DNA of 64,000 nucleotides from Gemmatimonadaceae bacterium (GTDB lineage Bacteria; Gemmatimonadota; Gemmatimonadetes; Gemmatimonadales; Gemmatimonadaceae): the NCBI GenBank assembly GCA_051859245.1, contig JBHYGA010000001.1, positions 736,001-800,000 of the forward strand, read 5' to 3'. The position numbers were made by a program, and so were the translations under genes. How positions within the stretch are numbered: position 1 is the first letter of the stretch; the number at the start of each line of letters is the position of its first letter. The notes under the pieces are model-generated. The model did not search any database, was not told the origin of the DNA, and was given only the letters and a program-made list of their open reading frames with translations. Positions 9,667-18,847 of the stretch are shown here, piece by piece.

Positions 9667-9716
9667 GCAGTGTGCACACGGATGGGCCGCGTGCACACTT
9701 CATCCGGGAGGCTCAC

Positions 9717-10439
9717 ATGCTGGGAACGCTGCTTGAATCCGCCGCCGTTGCTCCACGTCGTCGCCTGAGTTCCGTTGTGTCGCTGGCGCTGCACATCGGC
9801 GCCGTTGCCGCTATTGTGGTGGCGACCGCCAAAGCGGACGAGTTGCCGCCCGAACCGCCACCGACCACGCTGACCTACGTGGATCGGCTACCCAAGCCAA
9901 AGCCACCGGTCGCGCCCGCAGGCAGCGATGTCGCGCCGAGCAGCACTACGGCAGAGGTCGCTACTGCCCTGGCGTTGGCGCCGACCTTGGTCGCGCCAGA
10001 GATTATCCCGCTCGACATTCCGGCCGTCGATCTCACGCGGGCGGTGACGGGAGACGACGACTTTGCGCGCGGCAGCACGCGTGCGCTGACCGGCGGCGAA
10101 ACCGGCGGCACCGGATCTCCGTTAGGACAGGACGGCGATGTGTGGTTTGCCCCAATGGTAGAGAAGCCAGCAGCGGTTCGCCCAGGCTCTCCCACGCCGG
10201 AGTATCCCGAGATGTTGCGCGCATCGCAGGCCGAAGGAGCGGTCCGTGCGCGGTTCGTGGTTGATACCGCAGGGCGCGTTGACCTGTCACGGTTAACGAT
10301 TCTTTCAAGTGATCATGTACTCTTTACCCGCGCGGTCGAACGCGCGCTGCGTGGAATGCGCTATCTGCCCGCCGAAGTTGGCGGACGGCCGGTCGCACAG
10401 CTTGTTGAACAAACGTTTGCCTTTACGCTGCATCGCTAG
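9717..10439 (+). CDS. TonB family energy transducer
   Basis: RBS GGGAGG; TM segment with SxxxH (SLALH); Pro-rich linker; TonB_C domain 'PEYPEMLR...GAVRARFVVDTAGRV...YLPAEVGGRPV'. Confidence 0.88.
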   Translation: MLGTLLESAAVAPRRRLSSVVSLALHIGAVAAIVVATAKADELPPEPPPTTLTYVDRLPKPKPPVAPAGSDVAPSSTTAEVATALALAPTLVAPEIIPLDIPAVDLTRAVTGDDDFARGSTRALTGGETGGTGSPLGQDGDVWFAPMVEKPAAVRPGSPTPEYPEMLRASQAEGAVRARFVVDTAGRVDLSRLTILSSDHVLFTRAVERALRGMRYLPAEVGGRPVAQLVEQTFAFTLHR

Positions 10440-10535
10440 CGGAGCGCTTTGCCCTGAGCGGGCGGCGCCCCTAGTTTACCCGCGTGGCGCCGATTCCGGC
10501 GCTCGTACTTACTCCGCCCGCTCTGGAGGCTGGTC

Positions 10536-11549
10536 ATGTCTTTCGGTGATTTTCTCAAGAAGCAATTCATCGACGTCATTCACTGGACCGAAGACGGACC
10601 GGGAGTGCTCATGGAGCGCTTCCCGATGCGTGATATGGAAATCCAGAACGGCGCCTCGCTCACCGTGCGTGAGTCGCAGATGGCGTTGTTCGTGAACGAA
10701 GGCAAAGCCGCCGATGCGTTCGGACCTGGGCTCTACAAGCTCGACACCAACACGTTGCCGCTGCTCACCAATCTCAAGAACTGGGACAAGCTCTTTCAGT
10801 CGCCGTTCAAGAGTGATCTGTATTTCTTCTCCACGCGTCTGCAAACCAATCAGCGTTGGGGCACGCAGCAGCCGATCACCATTCGCGACAAGGAGTTCGG
10901 CGCAATCCGTTTGCGCGGCTTTGGCGTGTACAGCTACCGCCTGGTGAATCCGCTCGCGTTCCATACCAACATTGCCGGTACGCAAGCGCAGTATTCAGCG
11001 AGCGAGTTGGAACCGCAGTTGCGGAACGCCGTGATTACGTCGTTCACCACGGCGTTCGCCAAGTCGCAGGTGCCGTTCCTTGACATGGCCGCGAATCAAG
11101 CCGCCGTGGCCACGCTGATCGCGGCCGAACTTGCGCCACAGTTCGCGGCCTACGGTCTCGAGCTGGCGAGTTTCACGGTCGAAAATCTGTCGCTGCCCGA
11201 CGAACTGCAGAAGCGTCTCGACGAGCGCATCTCCATGAACATGGTGGGCGACTTGCGGCAGTATGCACAGTTCCAGGCGGCGCAGTCGATTCCCATTGCC
11301 GCGGCAAACGAAGGCGGACTGGCCGGCATGGGTGTCGGTCTTGGTGCGGGCGTTGGCATTGGTGGCATGATGGCCGATGCGTTCCGTGGCGCAGCAGCGC
11401 CTGCCGCACCTGCGGCACCTGGCACACCCGCGGCACCGGCCGAGGGTGGCGCCGCGCTCACCGGCGAAACCAAGTTCTGCATTCACTGCGGCAAGCCGAT
11501 TCCCGCGGTTGCCAAGTTCTGCCACCTCTGTGGCGGTGCGCAGGCGTAA
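10536..11549 (+). CDS. SPFH/band-7 domain protein (YdjI-like) with C-terminal zinc ribbon
   Basis: FIDVIHW, LTVRESQMA, FGPG.YKLDT.TLP, SPFKSDLYF, WGT; C-terminal FCIHCG...KFCHLCG; RBS GGAGG. Confidence 0.88.
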   Translation: MSFGDFLKKQFIDVIHWTEDGPGVLMERFPMRDMEIQNGASLTVRESQMALFVNEGKAADAFGPGLYKLDTNTLPLLTNLKNWDKLFQSPFKSDLYFFSTRLQTNQRWGTQQPITIRDKEFGAIRLRGFGVYSYRLVNPLAFHTNIAGTQAQYSASELEPQLRNAVITSFTTAFAKSQVPFLDMAANQAAVATLIAAELAPQFAAYGLELASFTVENLSLPDELQKRLDERISMNMVGDLRQYAQFQAAQSIPIAAANEGGLAGMGVGLGAGVGIGGMMADAFRGAAAPAAPAAPGTPAAPAEGGAALTGETKFCIHCGKPIPAVAKFCHLCGGAQA

Positions 11550-11607
11550 TGACACGATTCCTGTCTGTCGCGAATCGTGGAGTGACGCGTTCTCGCACAT
11601 TCTGTCA

Positions 11608-12006
11608 ATGAACGGTCGCGAATGGCTGGTTGAGGCGTTCGACTGCGACGTCGCTCGCCTCACCAGTATTCCCGCGCTGCAATCGCTGTTCGACGCGCTG
11701 GTGCAGGAACTCAACCTGCATCCGGTGGGCGACGCGGTGTGGCATCAGTTCCCGACGCCCGGTGGCATCACAGGGATGTGGCTCCTCGCCGAGTCGCATT
11801 TGACGGTGCACACATTCCCGGAATTCGAATCGGCGTGCATCAATCTGTTCTGTTGCACGCCACGCGCGTCGTGCGACTGGTCGCAGCGTCTAGCCGAACT
11901 GCTTGGTGCGCGCTCGGTACACGTGCGCGTAGTCGAGCGTGCGTACGGACCAGCCGCGGCTCCGGTGTTGCCGCACGACATGACGGCTGCGCTCCCCGCG
12001 CGGTAG
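11608..12006 (+). CDS. speD: S-adenosylmethionine decarboxylase proenzyme (short prokaryotic type)
   Basis: HQF, GGITGMWLLAESHLTVHTFPE (E|S autocleavage site), INLFCC. Confidence 0.88.
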   Translation: MNGREWLVEAFDCDVARLTSIPALQSLFDALVQELNLHPVGDAVWHQFPTPGGITGMWLLAESHLTVHTFPEFESACINLFCCTPRASCDWSQRLAELLGARSVHVRVVERAYGPAAAPVLPHDMTAALPAR

Positions 12007-12021
12007 CCCACTGCATCGCCC

Positions 12022-12666
12022 ATGACCGCGCCAGCGCCGTTTTCAACCAGCTGTCCATCCTGTGGTGCGCCCATTCGATTCCGGTGGGCGCAGGCCGTGC
12101 AAACCACCTGCGATTTCTGCAAGTCGGTGTTGGTGCGCCAGGGGTTGGATCTCACCAAGGTTGGTCAGCAAGCAGACTTCCCCGTCACCGCGTCGCCCAT
12201 TCAACTGGGTGTTGAAGCGCAGTGGGGCAATCGCACGCTCATTGTGGTGGGTCGACTCACCTACGAATGGTCGCGTGGTCGATGGAACGAGTGGTACTGT
12301 CGGGTCAGTGACGGCAGCAGCGCCTGGCTGTCCGATGCGCAGCTTGAATACGCGATCACCACCGAAGTCGACGCGGGACGCGCCTTGCCCGATCCCGCCA
12401 CGCTCTCCGTTGACGACGTGGTGGAGACGGATCGCGGACGCTACACCGTGACCAGTCTGTCGCAGGCCGTGTACATCGGCACCGAAGGTGAGTTGCCATT
12501 TACCACGAGTGGTCGCGAACACAGCTGGTTTGCCGATCTGCTCGATGCGAGCGGCGGTTTTGCCACACTCGATGGCAGTGAGTCGCCGCCATTGCTGTTC
12601 GTTGGCGAGTACGTGACGTGGACATCACTTCGCGCCACCGGCGCACGTGAGTTCGCCGGATGGTAA
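12022..12666 (+). CDS. DUF4178 domain protein with N-terminal zinc ribbon
   Basis: CPSCGA...CDFCKS; WNEW; WLSDAQLEY; GTEGELPF. Confidence 0.75.
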   Translation: MTAPAPFSTSCPSCGAPIRFRWAQAVQTTCDFCKSVLVRQGLDLTKVGQQADFPVTASPIQLGVEAQWGNRTLIVVGRLTYEWSRGRWNEWYCRVSDGSSAWLSDAQLEYAITTEVDAGRALPDPATLSVDDVVETDRGRYTVTSLSQAVYIGTEGELPFTTSGREHSWFADLLDASGGFATLDGSESPPLLFVGEYVTWTSLRATGAREFAGW

Positions 12667-13979
12667 TGGCCACCGTTCCCGTGAGCGCCACAACGCTCGC
12701 CTGTCCGAATTGTGGTTCGTCCATTGCGCTCCATGCGCAAGGCTGGGCCGTGACCGTGGCGTGCAGCAGCTGCGGCTCCGTACTTGATGCGCTCGATCCG
12801 AATCTGCGTGTGCTGCAGGAACACGCGATGCGGTTGCCGCATACGCCGTCCATTCCGCTCGGTACACGCGGCACGATCCGCGGCGTTGCGTATGAAGTGA
12901 TTGGCTGCCAACGCGTGGCGATTGAAGTGGAAGGCGTGGAGTACTCATGGACGGAATACGTCTGCTTCAATCCGTATCACGGTTTCCTGTATCTCTCGGA
13001 GTATCAGGGGCACTGGAACGTGATCGAAAAGCTGCGTCGTGCACCCGGCGCGCCATCGGGTCGTAGCCGACCTGAGATCACGCTGGATGGTCGCACGTAT
13101 CACCATTTCCAGACGGCCCAGGCGCGCACCACAATGGCCATGGGTGAGTTCCCGTGGGAGCTGCGCGTTGGTGACGAAGTCAGAGCGCGTGACTTCGTGT
13201 CACCGCCGTACATCCTGTCGGCCGAAGTCTCGGATCAGGAAGTCACCTGGTCGCGTGGTGAGTACACCGCGCCGTCAGACATCGCGCATATGTTTGGCAT
13301 CCCGCGTCTTGATCGCCGGCCGGAAGGTGTGTTTGCCAATCAACCGAATCTGCACCTGCGTGCAGCACGTCGTGTGGGCACTGTGGGCGGCCCGCTGCTG
13401 ATGGTCTGGTTGTTGATGCTTGTGCTCACCATTGTATTCTCGCAGCGTGAAGACGTCTTTTCGGAGACGTACACGTACGACCGCACACGCGGCGAACAGA
13501 ACGCACTCGTGACCGCGCCGTTCGAGTTGCGCGGCCGTTCGTCGAACGTGCGCATTACGCTCCGCGCCGCGCTCGAGAACGATTGGACATATTTTGCACT
13601 GGCGCTCATTCACGACAGCACCGGCCAGGCCCGCGATGTGGGTAAACAACTCAGTTTTTATTCCGGGCGCGATAGTGATGGCAACTGGAGCGAGGGCTCC
13701 CGCAACGGGTCGGTCACGCTCTCGTCAGTGCCGTCTGGCCGCTATGTGCTTCGTGTGGCGCCAGAAGGTGGTGAGCCGGTCGGCAATCCCGTCAGCTACA
13801 CGGTGAGCATCAAGCGCGACGTCCCGGCGTATTCGCATTTCGCGATCGCGTTTTTTGCGCTCGTCATTCCGATGGCGCTGGTGTGGGCACCGGTGGTGGG
13901 CTTTGAAAGTCGCCGCTGGATGGAAAGTGATCACGGAAGCGCGCTGCTAAACTTTCCGAAAGACGAGGAACACGCATGA
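12666..13979 (+). CDS. DUF4178 domain membrane protein
   Basis: CPNCGS...CSSCGS; YSWTEY; LSEYQGHW; GEFPW; WSRGEY; two TM segments; C-terminal FESRRWMESD. ATG 12666 overlaps the upstream TAA. Confidence 0.78.
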   Translation: MATVPVSATTLACPNCGSSIALHAQGWAVTVACSSCGSVLDALDPNLRVLQEHAMRLPHTPSIPLGTRGTIRGVAYEVIGCQRVAIEVEGVEYSWTEYVCFNPYHGFLYLSEYQGHWNVIEKLRRAPGAPSGRSRPEITLDGRTYHHFQTAQARTTMAMGEFPWELRVGDEVRARDFVSPPYILSAEVSDQEVTWSRGEYTAPSDIAHMFGIPRLDRRPEGVFANQPNLHLRAARRVGTVGGPLLMVWLLMLVLTIVFSQREDVFSETYTYDRTRGEQNALVTAPFELRGRSSNVRITLRAALENDWTYFALALIHDSTGQARDVGKQLSFYSGRDSDGNWSEGSRNGSVTLSSVPSGRYVLRVAPEGGEPVGNPVSYTVSIKRDVPAYSHFAIAFFALVIPMALVWAPVVGFESRRWMESDHGSALLNFPKDEEHA

Positions 13980-14164
13980 TCCGCTCGGTGCTCTACGCCA
14001 TTTACGGAGTCGCAGTGCTCTCAGTGTTGGGCATGGCGCAGTATCGTGGATGGACCACAACACGCGGCGATAGCGCCAGCGTGGATCCGCAGTCTGTGCG
14101 CGCCAATCCCGGCGCGTACCGGTCGCCGTATTACATCCCGGGGCGCACGCTCCGCGGCAAGTAA
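13976..14164 (+). CDS. Small single-TM protein ending in ...RGK
   Basis: ATGA overlap with the upstream gene and GAGG RBS; 62 aa; N-terminal hydrophobic helix; fills the operon gap exactly. Confidence 0.75.
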   Translation: MIRSVLYAIYGVAVLSVLGMAQYRGWTTTRGDSASVDPQSVRANPGAYRSPYYIPGRTLRGK

Positions 14165-14177
14165 CAGGAGAGAACGC

Positions 14178-14390
14178 GTGGAACTCAGTGTGTGGGACAA
14201 CGTACTCGCCGCGGCGGTGTTCGCCGGACTTGGTGTGGTACTCTTCGCGGTGGCGTTCATCATTCTCGATCTGCTCACACCTGGGAAGCTGTGGCACGAG
14301 ATCAGCGAAAAGAAAAACACGGCCGCCGCAATTCTCATGGGTTCCGCGGCGATCGCGTTGGGCATGATTGTCGCGGCGGCAATCCACTGA
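14178..14390 (+). CDS. DUF350 domain membrane protein
   Basis: RBS AGGAG and GTG 14178; two TM segments; 'DLLTPGKLWHEI.EKKNTAAAI...ALGMIVAAAIH'. Confidence 0.88.
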   Translation: MELSVWDNVLAAAVFAGLGVVLFAVAFIILDLLTPGKLWHEISEKKNTAAAILMGSAAIALGMIVAAAIH

Positions 14391-14433
14391 TCGCGGTTAA
14401 GTCGCTGGCCGGTAGGCCGTCGGTGTTGAGTCC

Positions 14434-15930
14434 ATGAACGCTGCGCTGTTCGCGACGGTTTGTCTGATCGCGGCCTGCGGGCTGATCTACGAGCTGGTGG
14501 CCGGCGCGCTCGCGTCGTACTTGCTGGGCGACAGCGTCACGCAGTTCTCCACGGTGATCGGTACGTATCTGTTCGCCATGGGTATTGGCAGCTGGCTCTC
14601 GCGCTTCATTGTGCGTGGCGTGGTCACACGCTTTGTCCTCATCGAACTGTTGGTGGGAGTGATCGGCGGATTCTCGGCGCTGATTCTGTTTCTCACTTTT
14701 ACGTGGACCGACGCGTTCCGTCCGGTACTGTACGGCCTCGTCACGGTGATCGGCATATTGGTGGGGCTCGAAATCCCGCTGCTCATGCGCATCCTGCGCG
14801 AGCGCTTTTCATTCAAAGATGTAGTCGCAAACGTCCTCACGTTTGACTACGCCGGTGCGCTGGCGGCATCGCTGCTGTTCCCGCTGTTGCTGGTGCCCCG
14901 ACTTGGGCTCGTTCGCTCGGCGTTGCTCTTCGGTTTGGTGAACGTGCTGGTTGCCTTGTGGAGCACATGGTTGTTTCGCGATGTGTTGCCGCAGCGGCGC
15001 ACGCTGCAACTCATGTCGATCGCCGCGGCGCTTGTCCTTGGTGTGGGCTTCTGGAAAGGGCAGGAGATCACCACCTTCGCGGAAGAAGGGCTCTACGCCG
15101 ATCCGGTCATCCTGGCCAGGGACACGCGATACCAGCGCATTATTCTGACCAACTGGAAAGACGACTTGCGCCTGTTCCTCAACGGGCATTTGCAGTTCGC
15201 GTCGCGCGACGAGTATCGCTATCACGAAGCGCTGGTGCATCCCGGGCTGGCTGCGTTGCCACTCGCCAAACGCGTGCTGGTGCTCGGTGGTGGTGATGGG
15301 TTGGCCGTACGCGAAATCCTGCGGTATCCACAGGTGGAGCAGGTCACGCTGGTCGACCTCGACGAAGGCATGACCACGCTCTTCTCAACACACGAGCGGC
15401 TCACAGCCTTGAATCGCAGCGCGCTGAATGACGAACGCGTGCGTGTGATCAATGCCGATGCCTTCGTGTGGCTCGATGAGAACCCGGCGCAGTTCGATTT
15501 TATTGTGATCGATTTTCCCGATCCGTCGAACTACCATGTGGGCAAGTTGTACACGAGTGCGTTCTATCGGCTCGTACGTCAGCATCTGGCGAGTGATGGA
15601 TTTATAGCGGTGCAGTCCACGTCGCCGCTGTTTGCGCGTCAATCATTCTGGAGTATTGTTGCCACGCTGCAGGGTGCGGGGCTGCGCACCTATCCGTATC
15701 ACGTGTACGTGCCAAGCTTTGGCGAGTGGGGCTTTGTGATCGCCGGCGCTGTGCCGTATCAGGTGCCGCATACGCTTCCAGAGGGCCTGCGTTTTCTGCG
15801 TGCCAATACCGTGGCGTCCATGTTTGAGTTTCCGCTGGATATGGCGCCAGTGGCGGCGCAGCCCAACCGCCTGAACGATCAGGTGCTCGTCCGATACTAT
15901 GAGCAGGAGTGGGAGGCGATCAATCGATGA
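14434..15930 (+). CDS. speE: Polyamine aminopropyltransferase (spermidine synthase-like) with N-terminal multi-TM domain
   Basis: ACGLIYEL and about seven TM segments; TRYQRI, LFLNGHLQF, DEYRYHEALVHP, LVLGGGDG, IDFPDP, VPSFGEWGF. Confidence 0.9.
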   Translation: MNAALFATVCLIAACGLIYELVAGALASYLLGDSVTQFSTVIGTYLFAMGIGSWLSRFIVRGVVTRFVLIELLVGVIGGFSALILFLTFTWTDAFRPVLYGLVTVIGILVGLEIPLLMRILRERFSFKDVVANVLTFDYAGALAASLLFPLLLVPRLGLVRSALLFGLVNVLVALWSTWLFRDVLPQRRTLQLMSIAAALVLGVGFWKGQEITTFAEEGLYADPVILARDTRYQRIILTNWKDDLRLFLNGHLQFASRDEYRYHEALVHPGLAALPLAKRVLVLGGGDGLAVREILRYPQVEQVTLVDLDEGMTTLFSTHERLTALNRSALNDERVRVINADAFVWLDENPAQFDFIVIDFPDPSNYHVGKLYTSAFYRLVRQHLASDGFIAVQSTSPLFARQSFWSIVATLQGAGLRTYPYHVYVPSFGEWGFVIAGAVPYQVPHTLPEGLRFLRANTVASMFEFPLDMAPVAAQPNRLNDQVLVRYYEQEWEAINR

Positions 15931-17549
15931 GCACCGGGCCATCGCGGCGCGCGTTTCTTGGCCAACTCGCCGCTGGCTTGGCGGCTCCACTCGTTGCGAC
16001 GCCGCTGGTGTTGCGGGCCGCGCGTAGCACCTCGCCTGATGCGCCAGCACTCATAGGGCTCACCAACAAGAGCGGGCGCGAGATCGCGGGCGGATTTGTG
16101 AACGACGATGCCGCGATCGGGCATCAGCTACGCGATGGTACGTTTGCGCGCGGTGCGGGCAATCGCGAAGTACGACGAACGCGTGTTGCGATTGTTGGCG
16201 GTGGTATGGCCGGTCTCTCCGCTGGCTGGAGACTCGATCAGCTCGGACTTCGAGAGTGGCTGTGTCTTGAGCTCGGAGATTCGGCGGGCGGTAACTCGCG
16301 CGGCGGCGAAAACTCGGTGTCCCGCTATCCATGGGGCGCACACTACGTGCCTGTGCCGTCGCCCGATGCCGTGCACGTGCGCGCGTTGTTGCGCGAGGTT
16401 GGCGTGCTGCACGCCGACGGCAGCTGGGATGAGCGCACACTGTGTCATTCGCCGCAGGAGCGCATCTTTCAGCATGGTGCGTGGCACGAAGGCCTTGAGC
16501 CGCTTGATGCGGCGCCGGCGTGGGAGCGCGCCGAGTGGGAGCGGTTTGACGCGCAGGTTGCAGCGTGGCGTGCGACGGGTGCGTTTCGTGTACCGCTCGC
16601 TGGCGCGCCAGACAATGTGTCAGGTGCTGCTGCGGCCGCAACGCGCGTACTCGATCGTGTATCCGCCAACGCATGGTTCGCGTCGCAGGGATATCGCTCC
16701 CCCACATTGCGATGGTGGATAGAGTACGGCACTCGCGATGACTACGGTGCCTCGCTGACACAGGCGAGCGCGTGGGCTGCTGCACACTACTTTGCTGGCC
16801 GCCCACCCCACGAGGAAGGGCCACTCACATGGCCCGAAGGCAATGCCTTTCTGGTCAAACATCTCACCCGGCTGGCTGGTGACCGCGTGATCACCAAAGC
16901 GCCCACGTACGCCATCGAGCCGCGCGGTTCACGCTGGTTGGTGCGCACGCCAGTCGCTGACATTGAATGTGACGCGGTGGTCTGGGCCGCACCGCTGTTT
17001 GTGCTGCCGCGTGTGATGCCAGCTGTGAAGCTGCCGGTGAGCCTTGAATACGCCCCGTGGGTGGTGGCCAATATCACGCTCGACCGGCGCCCGCAGGAGC
17101 GTGGCGCCCCGATGTCGTGGGACAACGTGATCTACGGCAGTCCATCGCTTGGGTATGTGTCGGCCACGCACCAGTTCGTTGGGCGTCCGGGACCGCAGTC
17201 CGTGTGGACCTGGTATCACGCGGTCGTCGATCGACCTGCGCTAGCCGCACGAACGTGGATGCAGCAGCGACCGTGGTCGGCGTGGCGCGATGACATTGTG
17301 GGCGAACTCTCGCGCGCGCATCCGGATATTGCCGAGTGCATTACGCGCATTGATGTGCGGTACTGGGGGCACGCCATGGCGCGTCCCACGCTGGGGCTGC
17401 TCACGCGCAACGCAACGCTCGCACGCTGGAGTCCGGCGGCGCGCGTATTTCTGGCACACGCCGATCTCAGTGGCCTGTCACTCTTTGAAGAAGCGCAGTG
17501 GCACGGCGTGCAAGCCGCCGAGCGTGTGGCGCGCGCGCTCGGCGGATGA
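15927..17549 (+). CDS. Tat-exported FAD-dependent amine-oxidase-like oxidoreductase
   Basis: ATGA overlap with speE; SRRAFL twin-arginine motif; GGGMAGLSA, GGNSR, PWGAHY, WDNV, WGHAM, SLFEEA. Confidence 0.85.
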   Translation: MSTGPSRRAFLGQLAAGLAAPLVATPLVLRAARSTSPDAPALIGLTNKSGREIAGGFVNDDAAIGHQLRDGTFARGAGNREVRRTRVAIVGGGMAGLSAGWRLDQLGLREWLCLELGDSAGGNSRGGENSVSRYPWGAHYVPVPSPDAVHVRALLREVGVLHADGSWDERTLCHSPQERIFQHGAWHEGLEPLDAAPAWERAEWERFDAQVAAWRATGAFRVPLAGAPDNVSGAAAAATRVLDRVSANAWFASQGYRSPTLRWWIEYGTRDDYGASLTQASAWAAAHYFAGRPPHEEGPLTWPEGNAFLVKHLTRLAGDRVITKAPTYAIEPRGSRWLVRTPVADIECDAVVWAAPLFVLPRVMPAVKLPVSLEYAPWVVANITLDRRPQERGAPMSWDNVIYGSPSLGYVSATHQFVGRPGPQSVWTWYHAVVDRPALAARTWMQQRPWSAWRDDIVGELSRAHPDIAECITRIDVRYWGHAMARPTLGLLTRNATLARWSPAARVFLAHADLSGLSLFEEAQWHGVQAAERVARALGG

Positions 17550-17554
17550 TGCCA

Positions 17555-18733
17555 TCAGCTTGAGTAGTACGCCGCGTTCTCGTCGATGTACTCGCGCGTG
17601 AGATCACAACCAAACGCGGTGGCCTGTCCGTCAGCCACACCGAGATCTACTTCCAGCTCTACCAGTTCATGGCTGAGCGCGGCGCGTACGGTGCCATCGT
17701 CAAACGGCAATCGCTGACCACCGCGAACGACGGGAAACCGATTGATCCAGGCGTCCGTGCTCTCCGGTCGGATGGTGCAGTCAAAGCACTTGCCAACGGC
17801 CATGAGCAAGCGCCCCACGTTCGGATCGGCGCCGTGCACCATGGTCTTGACGAGCGGCGAGTTCACGATGCTCTTGGCGACGACACGTGCGTCGTGCGTT
17901 GACGCCGCTCCACGGACCTGCACGCGCAGCAGATGTTTTGCGCCTTCGCCGTCACGCGCCAGAATTTCTGTCATGCGCACACAGCCCTTGAGCAGCGCCG
18001 CACGAAACGCCTGCTCCGATACCGGTCCAGCGTGACCGTTCGCGAGAATCGCACACGTGTCGGATGTGCTGGTGTCGCTGTCAACCGAGAGCATGTTGAA
18101 CGAATCAGCGACCGCATCACGCAACATGGCGTCGAGCGTGGTCGCGTCAAACGCGGCATCGGTAAAGATGTAGACAAGCATCGTGGCCATGTTGGGTTCG
18201 ATCATTCCCGAACCTTTTGCCACCCAGGTGATCGTGGCGTTTTCCACGCTGAGAGAAATCGCCTTGGGGTGAGAGTCGGTGGTCATGATGCCTTCGGCGC
18301 CCACGAGCGGATCATGCTGCAGCTCACGCGCAATGCCGGGAATCCCTGCTTCGATCATTTTGATCGGCAGCGGCACGCCAATTACGCCCGTCGAACTCAC
18401 GAGCACACGTTCGGCGTCTGTCCCAAGTTCTGTGGCTGCCGCTTTGGCCATGCGACGCGCGTGCTCAACACCAATCGCACCCGTCGCCACGTTGCTCACT
18501 TTGCTGTTGGCAATAATGGCGCGGAGTGAACCACCACGAATGGTTTCGCGTCCGAGAATAATCGGCGCGCCAGGAAAGTGATTCCGCGTAAACACCGCGG
18601 CCGCGGCCGCGTCCACGTCGCTCACAAAAATGGTGAGATCTTTCGCGCTCGGCTTGAGTCCGACATTTCGGCTCGCGCAGCGAAAGCCGCGCGGGAAGAC
18701 TGGCGTGGTGTGGAAGTCAGTGTTCTGAGGCAT
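17555..18733 (-). CDS. argJ: Ornithine acetyltransferase ArgJ
   Basis: AAVFTRN, SSTGVIG, IMTTD, KGSGMIEPNMATML, DSDTSTSD, DGEGA, SPLVKT, DPNVGR, GCDLT. Confidence 0.95.
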   Translation of the reverse strand: MPQNTDFHTTPVFPRGFRCASRNVGLKPSAKDLTIFVSDVDAAAAAVFTRNHFPGAPIILGRETIRGGSLRAIIANSKVSNVATGAIGVEHARRMAKAAATELGTDAERVLVSSTGVIGVPLPIKMIEAGIPGIARELQHDPLVGAEGIMTTDSHPKAISLSVENATITWVAKGSGMIEPNMATMLVYIFTDAAFDATTLDAMLRDAVADSFNMLSVDSDTSTSDTCAILANGHAGPVSEQAFRAALLKGCVRMTEILARDGEGAKHLLRVQVRGAASTHDARVVAKSIVNSPLVKTMVHGADPNVGRLLMAVGKCFDCTIRPESTDAWINRFPVVRGGQRLPFDDGTVRAALSHELVELEVDLGVADGQATAFGCDLTREYIDENAAYYSS

Positions 18734-18847
18734 GGGGACTCACGGTGCGCGGAGCAGAAAATGCAAACGTCCCGCAGGAGGGCGGGACGCGTGCACGGAA
18801 CATAGCATTTTCAGTCGCGTGAAGCGACTGGCTGTGGGGCCGCACCC

